Origin: Candidatus Eiseniibacteriota bacterium
GTDB lineage: Bacteria > Eisenbacteria > RBG-16-71-46 > CAIMUX01 > VGJL01
Direction: 5' to 3'
Length of the DNA stretch: 64,000 nt
Assembly: GCA_041946735.1 (NCBI GenBank)
Contig: JBHGAY010000005.1
Location: forward strand, 96,001 to 160,000
Part shown: positions 1 through 9,928 of the stretch, one piece after another
Position numbering within the stretch: position 1 is the first letter of the stretch
Layout: every line of letters starts with the position of its first letter
Made by a program: the position numbers and the translations under genes
Notes under the pieces: model-generated
Told to the model about the DNA's origin: nothing
The model's database searches: none
What the model saw: only the letters and a program-made list of their open reading frames with translations

Positions 1-823
1 CGTTCGAGTGCCTCTGATTCTCGCGGTCGGGCGCCTGGTCGAGAAGAAGGGATTCCATCCGCTGATCGAAGCTTTGGCAACGTTGCGCGACCGTGGGGTC
101 GCGTTTCGATGCATCGTGGCCGGTGAGGGTCCGGAGAAGGACCGGCTGCAGGATCGAATCCGAACGGCGCGGCTCGCCGGTCGGGTCCGTCTGGCAGGAC
201 CGGTGCCTTTGACTCGCCTGAAGAGCCGTCTTTACCCCGCCGCGCGCGTCCTGGCGCAGCCATGCGTCGTAAGCGGCGACGGGGACCAGGACGGGATCCC
301 CATCGTGCTCATGGAGGCGATGGCGAGCGGCCTGCCAATCGTCTCCACGCGCGTTTCGGGGATCCCTGAAGCGATCGAGGACGGGGTGGAAGGATTTCTG
401 ACCGAGCCGGGGGACGTCGAGGCCCTCGCCGGCCGGATCGAACAGCTCCTCACGCGCCCCATCCTCGCGGAGCGGATCGCGCACGCCGCCCGGGCGCGGG
501 CGGAGCGGCAGTTCAACCTGCACGCCAACGTCGGGTCGTTGCGGAAGCTGTTTCTTCGATCGCTCGCGGGATGGCCCGCCCCCGCTGTGCCGCCAGGGAT
601 CTCCCGGCCGGCCGAACGATCCGAAGCGGGAGCGGAAGCGGGAATCGCGCCATCCGGGATCTTCGTGCCCGAGGAGGAGACCGCGCCGGCGCAGGCCGCC
701 CCGGCGCAGGCACGGGGCGGCTGCGTGTCCGCCGCCGTTCCGGCCCATGCCGAGGCGGCTCTCCTCGCCGGCGCTCCTTGCGAGGCGCGCGGACAGTCCA
801 CCGCCTCCCGGGCCGGCTCATGA
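1..823 (+). CDS. Glycosyltransferase family 4 (WcaL-like), 5'-truncated by window edge
   Basis: ILAVGRLVEKKG, DGIPIVLMEAMASGLPIVST..SGIPEAIEDG GT-B motifs; frame is open to the window start; TGA overlaps the next ATG (ATGA 820-823). Confidence 0.9.
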   Translation, partial: VRVPLILAVGRLVEKKGFHPLIEALATLRDRGVAFRCIVAGEGPEKDRLQDRIRTARLAGRVRLAGPVPLTRLKSRLYPAARVLAQPCVVSGDGDQDGIPIVLMEAMASGLPIVSTRVSGIPEAIEDGVEGFLTEPGDVEALAGRIEQLLTRPILAERIAHAARARAERQFNLHANVGSLRKLFLRSLAGWPAPAVPPGISRPAERSEAGAEAGIAPSGIFVPEEETAPAQAAPAQARGGCVSAAVPAHAEAALLAGAPCEARGQSTASRAGS

Positions 824-2697
824 TCGCGACGGTGCGCCGGCGACTACGGGACTTGCGGCGCGCCCTGCGCCTTCAGAGCGAGTTCCGCGTCTATCTCCGC
901 CCGCATCGTGGCCGGCTGGCGATCGTGATCCTGCTCTCGGCGCTGTACGCGTCGCTGCGTCTGCTCGAGCCGTGGCCGCTGCAGATCGTCTTCGATGGCG
1001 TCTTGCTGGGCAAGACAGTCCACTTCCTCGGCATCGACGTGCTGAAACTCGCGGGAGGGGATCGCGGGACGCTGCTCGCCCTCGGATCGCTCGCCTTGCT
1101 CGGGGTCGCGAGCCTCTCCGGTTTCGTCTACTACATCCAGAGCGTGATGATCGCGAGGATCGGGCAGGACGTGGTGCGATCGATGCGCGAGGACGTGTTC
1201 CATCAGCTGCAGCGCCTCTCCCTCCCGTTCCATCACCGCACCACCAGCGGCGACCTGCTGATGCGACTGACGGGCGACATGATCCTGCTGCGCGAGATGA
1301 TCCTGGCAAGCCTGGTCACTCTCGCGACGCAGATGCTCGTCCTGATCGCCGTCCTCGCTCTCATGCTGACGGTCAGCCCGCCGCTCACGCTCGTGGCGGT
1401 CGTGCTGGCTCCGCTGCTGTTCCTCCTGTTCCGCTCCTTCCGCACGAAGATGGTGGCGGCCGCTCGCGCGCAACGCCGCCGCGAGGGGTCGCTCGCTTCC
1501 TCGCTCGAGGAAGTGCTGCTCTCGATGCCGATGATCCAGGCGTACACCGCGGAGGCTCTCGAGGATGAGCGATTCCGGCACCTGTCGAAGAGGAGCGCGC
1601 GCGCGGGCCTGCGTGGCGCGCGTCTCGAGGCGGGCATGCAGCGGATGGTGGAGATCAGCGTGGCGCTCGGAACCTGTCTGGTCCTCTGGATCGGGGCGCG
1701 CCAGGTGCTGGGCGGCTCTCTGACGCCCGGAGAGTTCCTCGTCTTCCTCGCCTACCTGAGAACCCTCTATCGTCCGGTGCGCGGAATCGCGAAGGTGGCG
1801 GAGCGAACGGCGCGCGCTTCGGCCGCGGCGGAGAGGGTGCTGGAGATCCTCCGGGCGAAGAGGGAGACGCGCGACAGCAAGGATGCCGTCGTCGCCCCGC
1901 CCCTGCGGGGAGAGATCCGTTTCACGAACGTCGGCTTCACGTACGAGAACGGGACGACCGCGCTGCGGGACGTCAGCTTCCACATTCGGCCCGGGGAGCG
2001 GATCGCGCTGGTCGGGCCGACGGGCGCGGGGAAGTCCACCCTGTTCGCGCTGCTGCTCCGCTTCTACCGCCCGGCTTCGGGCCGGATCGAGATCGACGGC
2101 CGGAAGGTCCGGCACTATACCCTCGCGAGCCTGCGGCGTCAGATCACCCTTCTTCCGCAGGAGCCTTTCCTCGTCGCCGCCACGGTGCGCGAGAACCTGC
2201 TGTACGGCAAGCCCGAGGCGAGCGATGAGGAACTGATCCTCGCGCTCCGGGCCGCGGCCTTGGAGGACTGGTTCGCCTCGCTCCCGCATGGGCTCGACAC
2301 GAGGATCCAGTCCCGTGGCCAGTCCCTCTCGGGCGGGCAGCGTCAAAGGATCGCGATCGCCCGCGCGACCCTGAAGGACGCGCCGATTCTCCTGCTCGAC
2401 GAGCCGACGACGGGTCTCGACGCGAGGAGCGAGCGGGAGGTGCTCGACAGCCTCGATCGCTTGCTGCACCGCCGGACCACGATCACGATCGCGCATCGCT
2501 TCTCCACGTTTCGCGGAGCAGACCGGGTCCTCGTCCTCGATCGGGGAGAGCTGATCGAGGATGGCTCCCCGGATCGCCTGCTCGCCACCGATTCGCTGTT
2601 TCGAGTGCTTTCGGAGATCCAGGGGGTGGCCGCCTCCGGCACGAACGAAGGCAGGCCGTCCCAGGGACCCAGGGAGGGGACGGTATGGTGTCCATGA
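820..2697 (+). CDS. ABC transporter, fused permease/ATP-binding (MsbA-like exporter)
   Basis: TM domain, then Walker A GPTGAGKST, signature LSGGQRQR, Walker B LLLDEPT; start M-I-A-T at 820 from the ATGA overlap. Confidence 0.93.
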   Translation: MIATVRRRLRDLRRALRLQSEFRVYLRPHRGRLAIVILLSALYASLRLLEPWPLQIVFDGVLLGKTVHFLGIDVLKLAGGDRGTLLALGSLALLGVASLSGFVYYIQSVMIARIGQDVVRSMREDVFHQLQRLSLPFHHRTTSGDLLMRLTGDMILLREMILASLVTLATQMLVLIAVLALMLTVSPPLTLVAVVLAPLLFLLFRSFRTKMVAAARAQRRREGSLASSLEEVLLSMPMIQAYTAEALEDERFRHLSKRSARAGLRGARLEAGMQRMVEISVALGTCLVLWIGARQVLGGSLTPGEFLVFLAYLRTLYRPVRGIAKVAERTARASAAAERVLEILRAKRETRDSKDAVVAPPLRGEIRFTNVGFTYENGTTALRDVSFHIRPGERIALVGPTGAGKSTLFALLLRFYRPASGRIEIDGRKVRHYTLASLRRQITLLPQEPFLVAATVRENLLYGKPEASDEELILALRAAALEDWFASLPHGLDTRIQSRGQSLSGGQRQRIAIARATLKDAPILLLDEPTTGLDARSEREVLDSLDRLLHRRTTITIAHRFSTFRGADRVLVLDRGELIEDGSPDRLLATDSLFRVLSEIQGVAASGTNEGRPSQGPREGTVWCP

Positions 2698-3854
2698 GGT
2701 TCCATCTGGAGGGAAGCCTGTCTCCCGATCCCGCGGTGCGAGGAGTGGAGCGGCTTCTGGAACCGGACGGGGCGCGGCGATTCGTGCGAGACCTGCGGGC
2801 GAACGGGATCGCGAGCCGGTCCGCACGCGTCCGCGCTGCCGTCGTCAAGCAACGGCCCGGCCAGCGCGCCGTCCTGCGGATCGAGGTGGAAGAAGGCGGA
2901 CCGGGAGATGGCAGCGATGCGGACATCACCCGGGACGAGGCAGTCGCGGTGTGGTACGCGAAGCTCTGCCGGTCCTCTTCGGCGTGGAAACGTCTCTACG
3001 ATCCCGGCCTCTTCGAGCTGGCGGACCGCGCCGCGCAGGCGGGTGTCCAGGTTCCGTTGCCGGTCGTCTGGCTCCCGCGCTTCCGGGCGCTCCTCACGAA
3101 GTACGCGCCGGGCACTCCTCTCGTCGGCATCCTCGGTACGGAGACTTCCGGCGACACGCTGGCGCAATTCGGGCTGGCGCTGGGACGCCTGCACCTGCTT
3201 CTCCCTTTGTGCGGCGAGGCGCGAGGCCCGGCGTTCGAGAGAGAGCAGATCCTTCATGCACGGGATCGCTACTTGAAGGACAACCGGCCGGAGCTGCTCG
3301 CCTCCTTCGACGAGAGGATGCGCGACTGGTGGGAGCAGCGTCCGGCGGAACTCGACGAAGCGGATCGCCCGCTCGTCTGTCTCCACGGGGACCTTCATCT
3401 CCGGCAGATCCTGTGCCGTGATCGGGACGAGGAGGCTTTCCCATTCGCGCTCCTCGACTGGGACAGCGTCTGTTCGGGGGATGCCGAGCGGGACGTGGCG
3501 AATCTCCTGGCGCATCTGCTGCTCGAGGCCGAAGCAGGACGCTGCCCGCGCGAGAAGTGCTACGCGGGGATCCGCCGCCTGCTCCATGGGTACGAGGCCG
3601 TTCGGTCCCTCGACCCTGCCCGCACGAACTGGTACCTGACGGGGACGCTGCTGCGCCTGGCCGCGCTCCACGCATCGCCCGTCTTCGGACCGATCACCCC
3701 TGTCCCGGCCTCACTCTCTCCGGCGATTCTCGCCGCCACGCGGAGGGTGGAGACGTTTGGCGGCGGGAACGGGATCGAAGGGTCCTCGGCACGCGAGACG
3801 CTCGAGAAAGGCGCGCCCTCGTGGCCGATAGGCAACGGTTCGGGTCTGTGCTAG
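2685..3854 (+). CDS. Phosphotransferase, APH/choline-kinase-like family
   Basis: Brenner-type HGDLHLRQIL and LLDWD motifs; overlaps the ABC gene stop. Confidence 0.8.
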   Translation: MVSMRFHLEGSLSPDPAVRGVERLLEPDGARRFVRDLRANGIASRSARVRAAVVKQRPGQRAVLRIEVEEGGPGDGSDADITRDEAVAVWYAKLCRSSSAWKRLYDPGLFELADRAAQAGVQVPLPVVWLPRFRALLTKYAPGTPLVGILGTETSGDTLAQFGLALGRLHLLLPLCGEARGPAFEREQILHARDRYLKDNRPELLASFDERMRDWWEQRPAELDEADRPLVCLHGDLHLRQILCRDRDEEAFPFALLDWDSVCSGDAERDVANLLAHLLLEAEAGRCPREKCYAGIRRLLHGYEAVRSLDPARTNWYLTGTLLRLAALHASPVFGPITPVPASLSPAILAATRRVETFGGGNGIEGSSARETLEKGAPSWPIGNGSGLC

Positions 3855-5143
3855 GCGGCTCGTGAGGCGCGCCGGTTTCGGATCGGCTCGCCCCGGAGCG
3901 AGCCGCCCCGGATCCCTTTCTCCTCGAGCAGCTCGTCGTAGAGCGCCTCGATGTCGCGTAGCAGGCGATCGGCGCCGAAGCGTTGCACGACCTTTGCGAC
4001 GTCCGAGCGTTCCGCGCGCTGCCCTGGACGATCGAGGTAGCGCCGCATCGCCGCGGCGAGAGCCCGCGGATCGCGATCGGCGACGAGCGTCGCCAGCGGA
4101 TAGCCGCGCACGATCTCCGGCACCCCACCCACGCTCGTGCAGACGACCGGGATGCCCGCCGCCATCGCTTCGATCACGGCGACCGGCGTCCCCTCGTTCT
4201 TCGAGGTGAGCAGCAGAAGGTCGAGATCGGCGAGGATTCGATCGAGATCGGTCCGGTAGCCGAGGAAGGTGATGCGTCCGGCAAGGCCGAGCGAACGCGC
4301 CTGCTCTTCGAGCGGCCCGCGTAGCGCGCCATCCCCGACGACGACGAACCGGACGGGATGGGGAAGCGTCTCGATGGCGGCCGACGCCGCCTGCAGAAGC
4401 AGGTCGGGGTTCTTCACATCCGTCAATCGTCCCACCCAACCGACCAGCCGTTCCCGTGCGCCCGCCCCGATCTCGGCCCGCAGCGAACGGCGCAGCGCGC
4501 TCGACGCGGCGAAGCGGGCGAGGTCCAACCCCAGCGGCACGACCCGCACCTTCTCGGGCGGGGCGACGCGATGCCGTTCGCACAGCTCGCGCTTCTGGCT
4601 CTCGGAGATCACGACGATCCGGTCGCTGACCGCCGCGAGCATCCGCTCCGCCTCGGTGAACGCCTGGCTGACCGGGGCTGCGAAATAGCCGTCGAGGACA
4701 TGTCCATGGAAGGTGTGGACGACGATCGGCACGCCGCACGCGCGCGCCGCAAGCCGGCCGAGGGCGCCGGCCTTCGCGGTATGCGTGTGGACGATCCAAG
4801 GCCGCTCCCGCCGGAAGATCCGGCAGAGATCGGCGAATGCGGCGACGTCGCGCACCGGATGGACGCTCCGGCGCATCCTACCAAGCCGGTGCGCCCGCAC
4901 GCCGATCGCCCGCGCCGCATCGAGGAGGTCCTTCTCGCCTGGCTCCGTCGCACCGCCGATCAGGACGGTCCGGAAGCGCGAGGGATTCAGCCGGGACGAG
5001 AGCAGGATCGTCTGCTGCGCCGGGCCGCCGACGCAGATCCGGCTCTGCACGCGGCAGATCGGAATCCGCCCGCCACGCTCGCTTCGCCCGCTCCGCCCGC
5101 TCCGGCCGCTCTTCTCGATCCGCCCGCTCCGCCCGCTCCTCAC
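3851..5143 (-). CDS. Glycosyltransferase family 4
   Basis: GGPAQQ, HTHTAKAG, HTFHG, VGRL..VKN, EGTPVAVIEAMAAG; GTGA overlap with the upstream gene. Confidence 0.92.
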   Translation of the reverse strand: MRSGRSGRIEKSGRSGRSGRSERGGRIPICRVQSRICVGGPAQQTILLSSRLNPSRFRTVLIGGATEPGEKDLLDAARAIGVRAHRLGRMRRSVHPVRDVAAFADLCRIFRRERPWIVHTHTAKAGALGRLAARACGVPIVVHTFHGHVLDGYFAAPVSQAFTEAERMLAAVSDRIVVISESQKRELCERHRVAPPEKVRVVPLGLDLARFAASSALRRSLRAEIGAGARERLVGWVGRLTDVKNPDLLLQAASAAIETLPHPVRFVVVGDGALRGPLEEQARSLGLAGRITFLGYRTDLDRILADLDLLLLTSKNEGTPVAVIEAMAAGIPVVCTSVGGVPEIVRGYPLATLVADRDPRALAAAMRRYLDRPGQRAERSDVAKVVQRFGADRLLRDIEALYDELLEEKGIRGGSLRGEPIRNRRASRAA

Positions 5144-7560
5144 GCGGCGCGCCGCTCCCGGTCGCCGTCGGGCCGGGGCGATCCCGCGTGCTCCGCCGGC
5201 CGTCCCGAGCCGTTGCCGCCGTTGCCGCCATTGGTCCCGTGGGTCCCGTTGGCGCCATAGGCGCCGCTGGCCCCGCTGCCTGCCGCGCTTCCCCCGGTCG
5301 TCGCCTCGAGCAGGCGCCGTTCGGGACGGTGATAGTAATAGCCGCCGTAGCGCTTGCCGCCGATCGGCGCCGGGTCGGCGTTCCAGACCATCCCGGCGAT
5401 CGTGACGCCGAGCGACCGCAGCACCTGGCCGGCATGGGCGAGCGCCTCGCAGTCGCTATGGCGGGCCCGCACGACGAGGAGCGTCGCGTCCGCGGCCCCG
5501 CTCAGAATGCCGGTATCGGCGACCGGCAGGATCGGTGGCGCGTCGACGATCACATAGTCGTATGCGGCGCGCAGCTCCTCGAAGAGCGGAGCGAGGCGCG
5601 GACTCGTCAGCACGTCGTACGGATTCTCCGCGGGGCCGTCGAGGGCGAGGAGGCTCAGATTGTGCAAGCTGGTGGTTACGATCGCCTCGCCGGGACGGAT
5701 CCGGCCCACGAGCAGATCGACCAGGCCGTAGCGAGGACGCACGCGGAAGCGTCGCGCAACCTGCGGGCGGCGCAGGTCGGCGTCGACCAGGAGCACGCGC
5801 GAGCCGGCGCCGGCGAGGACGAGCGCGAGGTTGCAGGAGACCATCGTCTTGCCGTCGCCCAGCCCCGGGCTCGTGACGACGAGACATTTCGCCTCGGGAC
5901 CGGACTGCCGCACGAGCGCGAGCCGCAGCGAGCGGAAGGCCTCGACCGTCCGTGACCAGGGATTCATCGCGAGGATGAGCGAGCCGGAGGCGACGAGAAG
6001 CTTGCGCTTGCGGCGGAGCCGCGCGCGCCGGATCGGTCCCGCCTTGAGCTGGACCGCCCATTCCTTCAGATCGGTTGTGGCGATCGCGGGGATCCGGCCG
6101 GTCGCGGCGAGCCCCGAGAGGCGCGACGCCTCGTGCACCGACTGGACGCGGTGGTGCAGGCGATCGGCGAGCAGGCAGGCGAAGGTGGCGACGATCCCGC
6201 CGAGCAGAACCCCGAAGAACAGGTTGAGCCGCCAATCGGGCCGCACGGGGAATCTCGGGACCGAGGCCCGGTCGATGATCCGCGCCGTTCCGACCATCCC
6301 CGCCTCCTCGATCCGCGCCTCCTCGTAGCGCTGGAGGAGCATCGCGAGGATCTTCTGATCGACCTCCGCGTTGTAGGCGAGTTGCCCCATCCGATACGAC
6401 TTCTCCGGCACGCCGGCGAGGCGGCGCGCGTGCTCGTCCATCGATCCCTTCAGCGCCTCGACGCGTGCCTGCAGCGCGCTCGTCTCCACCTCCTCGACGA
6501 GGATCTGGTCGAGGAGGTCCTCGAACTGCGCGAGCGGATCGAACGGCAGGTCCTTCCCCTTGACGACCTCGCCCACCGTCGCGGCGAGCCGTGCGCGGAT
6601 CTCCCCGATCTCCGCCTCCAGCTCCTGCATTTTCGGATGGTCGGGGTCGTAGCCTTGCGCGAGGAACTTCTCGCGATAGGTCATGCGATCGGCCAGCTCG
6701 GCGCGAAGCTGGTTCACGATCGGCCCGGTCACGACCGGGATCTCGTCGGCGAGGCGGGACTGCGCGGCGTCGAGCCGGCCCTGCAGCAGGCGCAGCCGCT
6801 CCTGATGGGCGAGCAGGTCGGCGCGCGCCTGGTTGTAGGAGACCTCGAACGTCGAAACCTGCTCGACGAGCGCGCGCGTCTCGTCCTCGAGGCTCGCGAC
6901 GTTCGACTGCCGCCGCACGTCGCGCAGGCTCGTCTCGCTCCCCTGCAGGCGGTCGCGGACGAGCGCGACCTGCTCGGCGAGGAACTCGCGGACGCGCCGC
7001 ACCTCGGAGCGGGCGCGGTCGCCGGAGATCTCGATGTAGACGTCGGCGCAGGCGTTGGCGATCCCCGCCGCCTCGCGCGGCGTGGATGCCTGCGCGCGGA
7101 TCTCGACGACGTCGGAGCCTTGGAGGGGCCGGATCGTCGTGTGATCGAGGATCCAGGCGGCGCGCAGGAGCGAATCGGCCGGAAGGCCCGGAAGGCCCGG
7201 AAGGCCTCGAAGGCTCGGAAGTTTCCGATGGCTCCGACCAGCCCCAAGGCTCGCGTCGTTGCCGGGATCGTCCGAGGCGAGGCGGCGCGCGACCGCGGCG
7301 GCGAGCGCGCGGCTGCGAAGCGTCTGGATCTCGTTGTTCGTGTCGGAGCGCGGCTGGAACGGGTTCTGCCCCGTGACGAGACTGATCTGATCCTGCGCCT
7401 GGTTCGTGTCGAGCAGGACGGCCGTCTTCGCCTCGAAGACCGGCGGCATCCGCCAGGTCACGAGCACCACGATCGCGAGGAAGGCGAGGAAGACTCCGGC
7501 AAAGAGCGCTTTCCTCTCGACGAGGATCCTTCCGATTCCTGGCGCGGTCTCCTGACTCAT
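5140..7560 (-). CDS. wzc: Polysaccharide co-polymerase / tyrosine autokinase (Wzc/GumC family)
   Basis: N-terminal TM and Wzz-like region, coiled coil, second TM, EAFRSLR, Walker A GLGDGKT, LVDADLRRP, IVDAPP, C-terminal RYGGYYY tyrosine cluster. Confidence 0.92.
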   Translation of the reverse strand: MSQETAPGIGRILVERKALFAGVFLAFLAIVVLVTWRMPPVFEAKTAVLLDTNQAQDQISLVTGQNPFQPRSDTNNEIQTLRSRALAAAVARRLASDDPGNDASLGAGRSHRKLPSLRGLPGLPGLPADSLLRAAWILDHTTIRPLQGSDVVEIRAQASTPREAAGIANACADVYIEISGDRARSEVRRVREFLAEQVALVRDRLQGSETSLRDVRRQSNVASLEDETRALVEQVSTFEVSYNQARADLLAHQERLRLLQGRLDAAQSRLADEIPVVTGPIVNQLRAELADRMTYREKFLAQGYDPDHPKMQELEAEIGEIRARLAATVGEVVKGKDLPFDPLAQFEDLLDQILVEEVETSALQARVEALKGSMDEHARRLAGVPEKSYRMGQLAYNAEVDQKILAMLLQRYEEARIEEAGMVGTARIIDRASVPRFPVRPDWRLNLFFGVLLGGIVATFACLLADRLHHRVQSVHEASRLSGLAATGRIPAIATTDLKEWAVQLKAGPIRRARLRRKRKLLVASGSLILAMNPWSRTVEAFRSLRLALVRQSGPEAKCLVVTSPGLGDGKTMVSCNLALVLAGAGSRVLLVDADLRRPQVARRFRVRPRYGLVDLLVGRIRPGEAIVTTSLHNLSLLALDGPAENPYDVLTSPRLAPLFEELRAAYDYVIVDAPPILPVADTGILSGAADATLLVVRARHSDCEALAHAGQVLRSLGVTIAGMVWNADPAPIGGKRYGGYYYHRPERRLLEATTGGSAAGSGASGAYGANGTHGTNGGNGGNGSGRPAEHAGSPRPDGDRERRAA

Positions 7561-8846
7561 CGTTCCTCCGATTCCATGGCGGTGGCTGCGAGGGGCTCAC
7601 AAGCGAAACGTGCGGACATCCCCTTGCGTCCTGTGGCGGCGTGCGAGCGGTATCGCTGCCGCGCGAGAAGATTCCGGTAGACGGCGGCGAGGGCCGCCGC
7701 GGACCGGCGGGTCGTGAACTGGGCCTCGAAGCGAGCGCGGCCCGCCTCTCCCATGCGGGCGGCTCGCGTGGGATCGGCGAAGAGCGCGGCGATCGCGCGG
7801 GCGAGGGCTTCCGGGTCGCGAGGGGGGACAAGGATGCCCTCGATCCCATCGCGGATCGCTTCGGGAATCCCGCTGACCGCCGTCGCCACGACCGGCCGGC
7901 GTGCGCGCATCGCCTCGAGGATCGAGATCGGCAGTCCCTCCCAATCCGAGGAGAGGACGAACAGGTCCGAGGCCGCGAGAAGCGCGTCGACGTCCGGACG
8001 CGGGCCGAGGAAGAGGACGGAGCCGGCGAGACCGGCCGCGGCGGCGCGCCGCTGGACCGCGCCGCCCATGCGATCCTCTCCAGCGAGAAGCAGGCGGGCG
8101 CCCGGGTGCTCCTCGCGAACGTGCGTGAACGCGTCGAGAAGCGTGGCGTGCCCCTTCATCGGGCGAAGGTTCGCGACGCAGAGCGCGACCGGATCGTTTG
8201 CGTCGATTCCGAGCGAGCGGCGCACGGCGGCGCGGAGGGGCGCCACGCCAGAGGCGGAGGCGAAGTCATCGTGGACCTCGATCCCGTCGTGGACGACGCA
8301 CACCGAAGCCGGAGCGAGGCGGTCGGACGCGATGCGCGCGCGCGCCACCGCGGCGGCGTTGGCGACGTGAAGGTCGTTGCCGATCCTCGTCACGCGCTCC
8401 GCGATCCACTGGGCGCGTGAACGGTCCGCGTTCGTGCTCAACAGCCCGGTGACGACACGCGGGCGCGGTCCGGAGCCTGCCGCGGCGAGATGGGCCGCGA
8501 TCCGGGAGGCGGCGATGGCGCGGGTCCCGTAGGCGTGCAGGACGTCGAAGCGGCCAGCGCGCACGATCGCCCGCAGCGCCAGGATCTGTTCGATGGGATG
8601 GCGGGCCGCGACGGCGTGGAACGCGAGTCCGCAGCGGCGGGCGAGGGACGCCGCCGGACCGTCCCCCGCAAGCCCCGCCGCCTCGATCTCGATCCCTTCA
8701 CGGAGGAGCGGTTCGCGCAGGCGCGGGAGCATCCGTTCGATCCCCCCGATGGCGGAGGAAGAGACGACCTGGAGAACGCGGACGTTCCGGGCGCCGTCTC
8801 CGGCCCCTACCCAGCCATTCGCGCGCGCGCCGTCCTTTTCGCTCAC
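7557..8846 (-). CDS. Glycosyltransferase family 4
   Basis: GGIER, VANLRPMKGH, EGLPISILEAM; GTG start at 8846 after GGAGG, overlapping the stop at 8843. Confidence 0.9.
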   Translation of the reverse strand: MSEKDGARANGWVGAGDGARNVRVLQVVSSSAIGGIERMLPRLREPLLREGIEIEAAGLAGDGPAASLARRCGLAFHAVAARHPIEQILALRAIVRAGRFDVLHAYGTRAIAASRIAAHLAAAGSGPRPRVVTGLLSTNADRSRAQWIAERVTRIGNDLHVANAAAVARARIASDRLAPASVCVVHDGIEVHDDFASASGVAPLRAAVRRSLGIDANDPVALCVANLRPMKGHATLLDAFTHVREEHPGARLLLAGEDRMGGAVQRRAAAAGLAGSVLFLGPRPDVDALLAASDLFVLSSDWEGLPISILEAMRARRPVVATAVSGIPEAIRDGIEGILVPPRDPEALARAIAALFADPTRAARMGEAGRARFEAQFTTRRSAAALAAVYRNLLARQRYRSHAATGRKGMSARFACEPLAATAMESEER

Positions 8847-9928
8847 GCCGCCGTCCTCCGTGCCGGCTCCTTCCGGCCGCCCGCGCGCCCGGCGTCGGCG
8901 CGCCCGGCGTCGGCGAGCCCGGCGTCCTCCAGGACGCGCTTCATGCGGCAGCGGTAGGTATGGTCCTGGTGGGCGCGCTCGCGCCCCCGCGCGCCGATCG
9001 CCTGCGCCTTTTCGGGACGGGCGAGGAGGTGATGGAGCTTGCCGCGCAGCTCGTCGACGCTCCGCCACGAGACGATCTCCTCTCCTTCACGGAAGAGGTT
9101 CGGCAGCTCCTCGGTCCATTCGGTGAGCGTGAGAGCGCCGCAGGCCGGGCCCTCGAACGTCCGCATGTTTTGCGCGAGCTTCGACTGTGGATGCTGGATG
9201 TTCAGCACGGCGCGGTGCCCGCTGTAGATCCGGACCATCTCCCCGCCGCTGGCCCTCCCTCGATAGTGGGGCGCGAGCGGATGCAGGGGCCGGCGGGCGA
9301 GAGCGAGCGGCCAGCCGCCTCCCCAGATGGAGAGCGGAAGGTCGCGGATCTCGCGCAGGAGCCGGTCGCGGTTCGGGTACCAGGTGCCGACGAAGCAGAG
9401 AATCCCTCCCAGCTCGCGGCGCTCCGCCTGGGAGAGCGGGATCGGCCGGTGCACCTTCGGATCGCACGCCATGGGGAGGTACTGCGGGCGGGCGACGCCG
9501 CGCTTGCGCAGCGCCTCTCGATAGTACGGGTCGAAGACGTAGACGAGATCGAACGCGGGGGCCGCTACGATCTCGCGGCCGCGCTGATACGGGTCGTCGG
9601 CGATCCACAGGGCCGTGCGGATCCCGCGGCGCGAGATCCGCTGGATCGTCCGCGCATCGAACACCTCGCCGCCGATCACGAACAGGAGCTGCGGGCGGAA
9701 CTCGTCGACCGCTCGAAGCAGTCCCTGCCGCCGCGGGGGATAGAGGACGTGACCGAGGGGGCGGAACTTGAGGCGCGCCCGATTGCCCAGCTTCCAGACG
9801 GCGTGATCGCGGAAACCGAGGTAGTCGAACAGGCGCACCTCATGGCCGATCTCCTCGAAGGCGCGGACCGTCCCGGTCGCCAAATGTCCGGGAAGGTGGG
9901 GAAAGGTGCCGGCGACGAGGACTCTCAT
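8843..9928 (-). CDS. CgeB-family (spore-coat type) glycosyltransferase
   Basis: WIADDP, YLPMACDP..H, FVGTWYPNR, NMRTFEGPACG, LFREGEEI; ATG 9928 overlaps the upstream stop. Confidence 0.85.
   Translation of the reverse strand: MRVLVAGTFPHLPGHLATGTVRAFEEIGHEVRLFDYLGFRDHAVWKLGNRARLKFRPLGHVLYPPRRQGLLRAVDEFRPQLLFVIGGEVFDARTIQRISRRGIRTALWIADDPYQRGREIVAAPAFDLVYVFDPYYREALRKRGVARPQYLPMACDPKVHRPIPLSQAERRELGGILCFVGTWYPNRDRLLREIRDLPLSIWGGGWPLALARRPLHPLAPHYRGRASGGEMVRIYSGHRAVLNIQHPQSKLAQNMRTFEGPACGALTLTEWTEELPNLFREGEEIVSWRSVDELRGKLHHLLARPEKAQAIGARGRERAHQDHTYRCRMKRVLEDAGLADAGRADAGRAGGRKEPARRTAA

Noticed and set aside
2685..3854. Aminoglycoside resistance gene (also the kinase half at about 29.7-30.6 kb)
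   Set aside because: Only the general APH-fold motifs are present; context indicates glycan or cell-wall sugar kinases.
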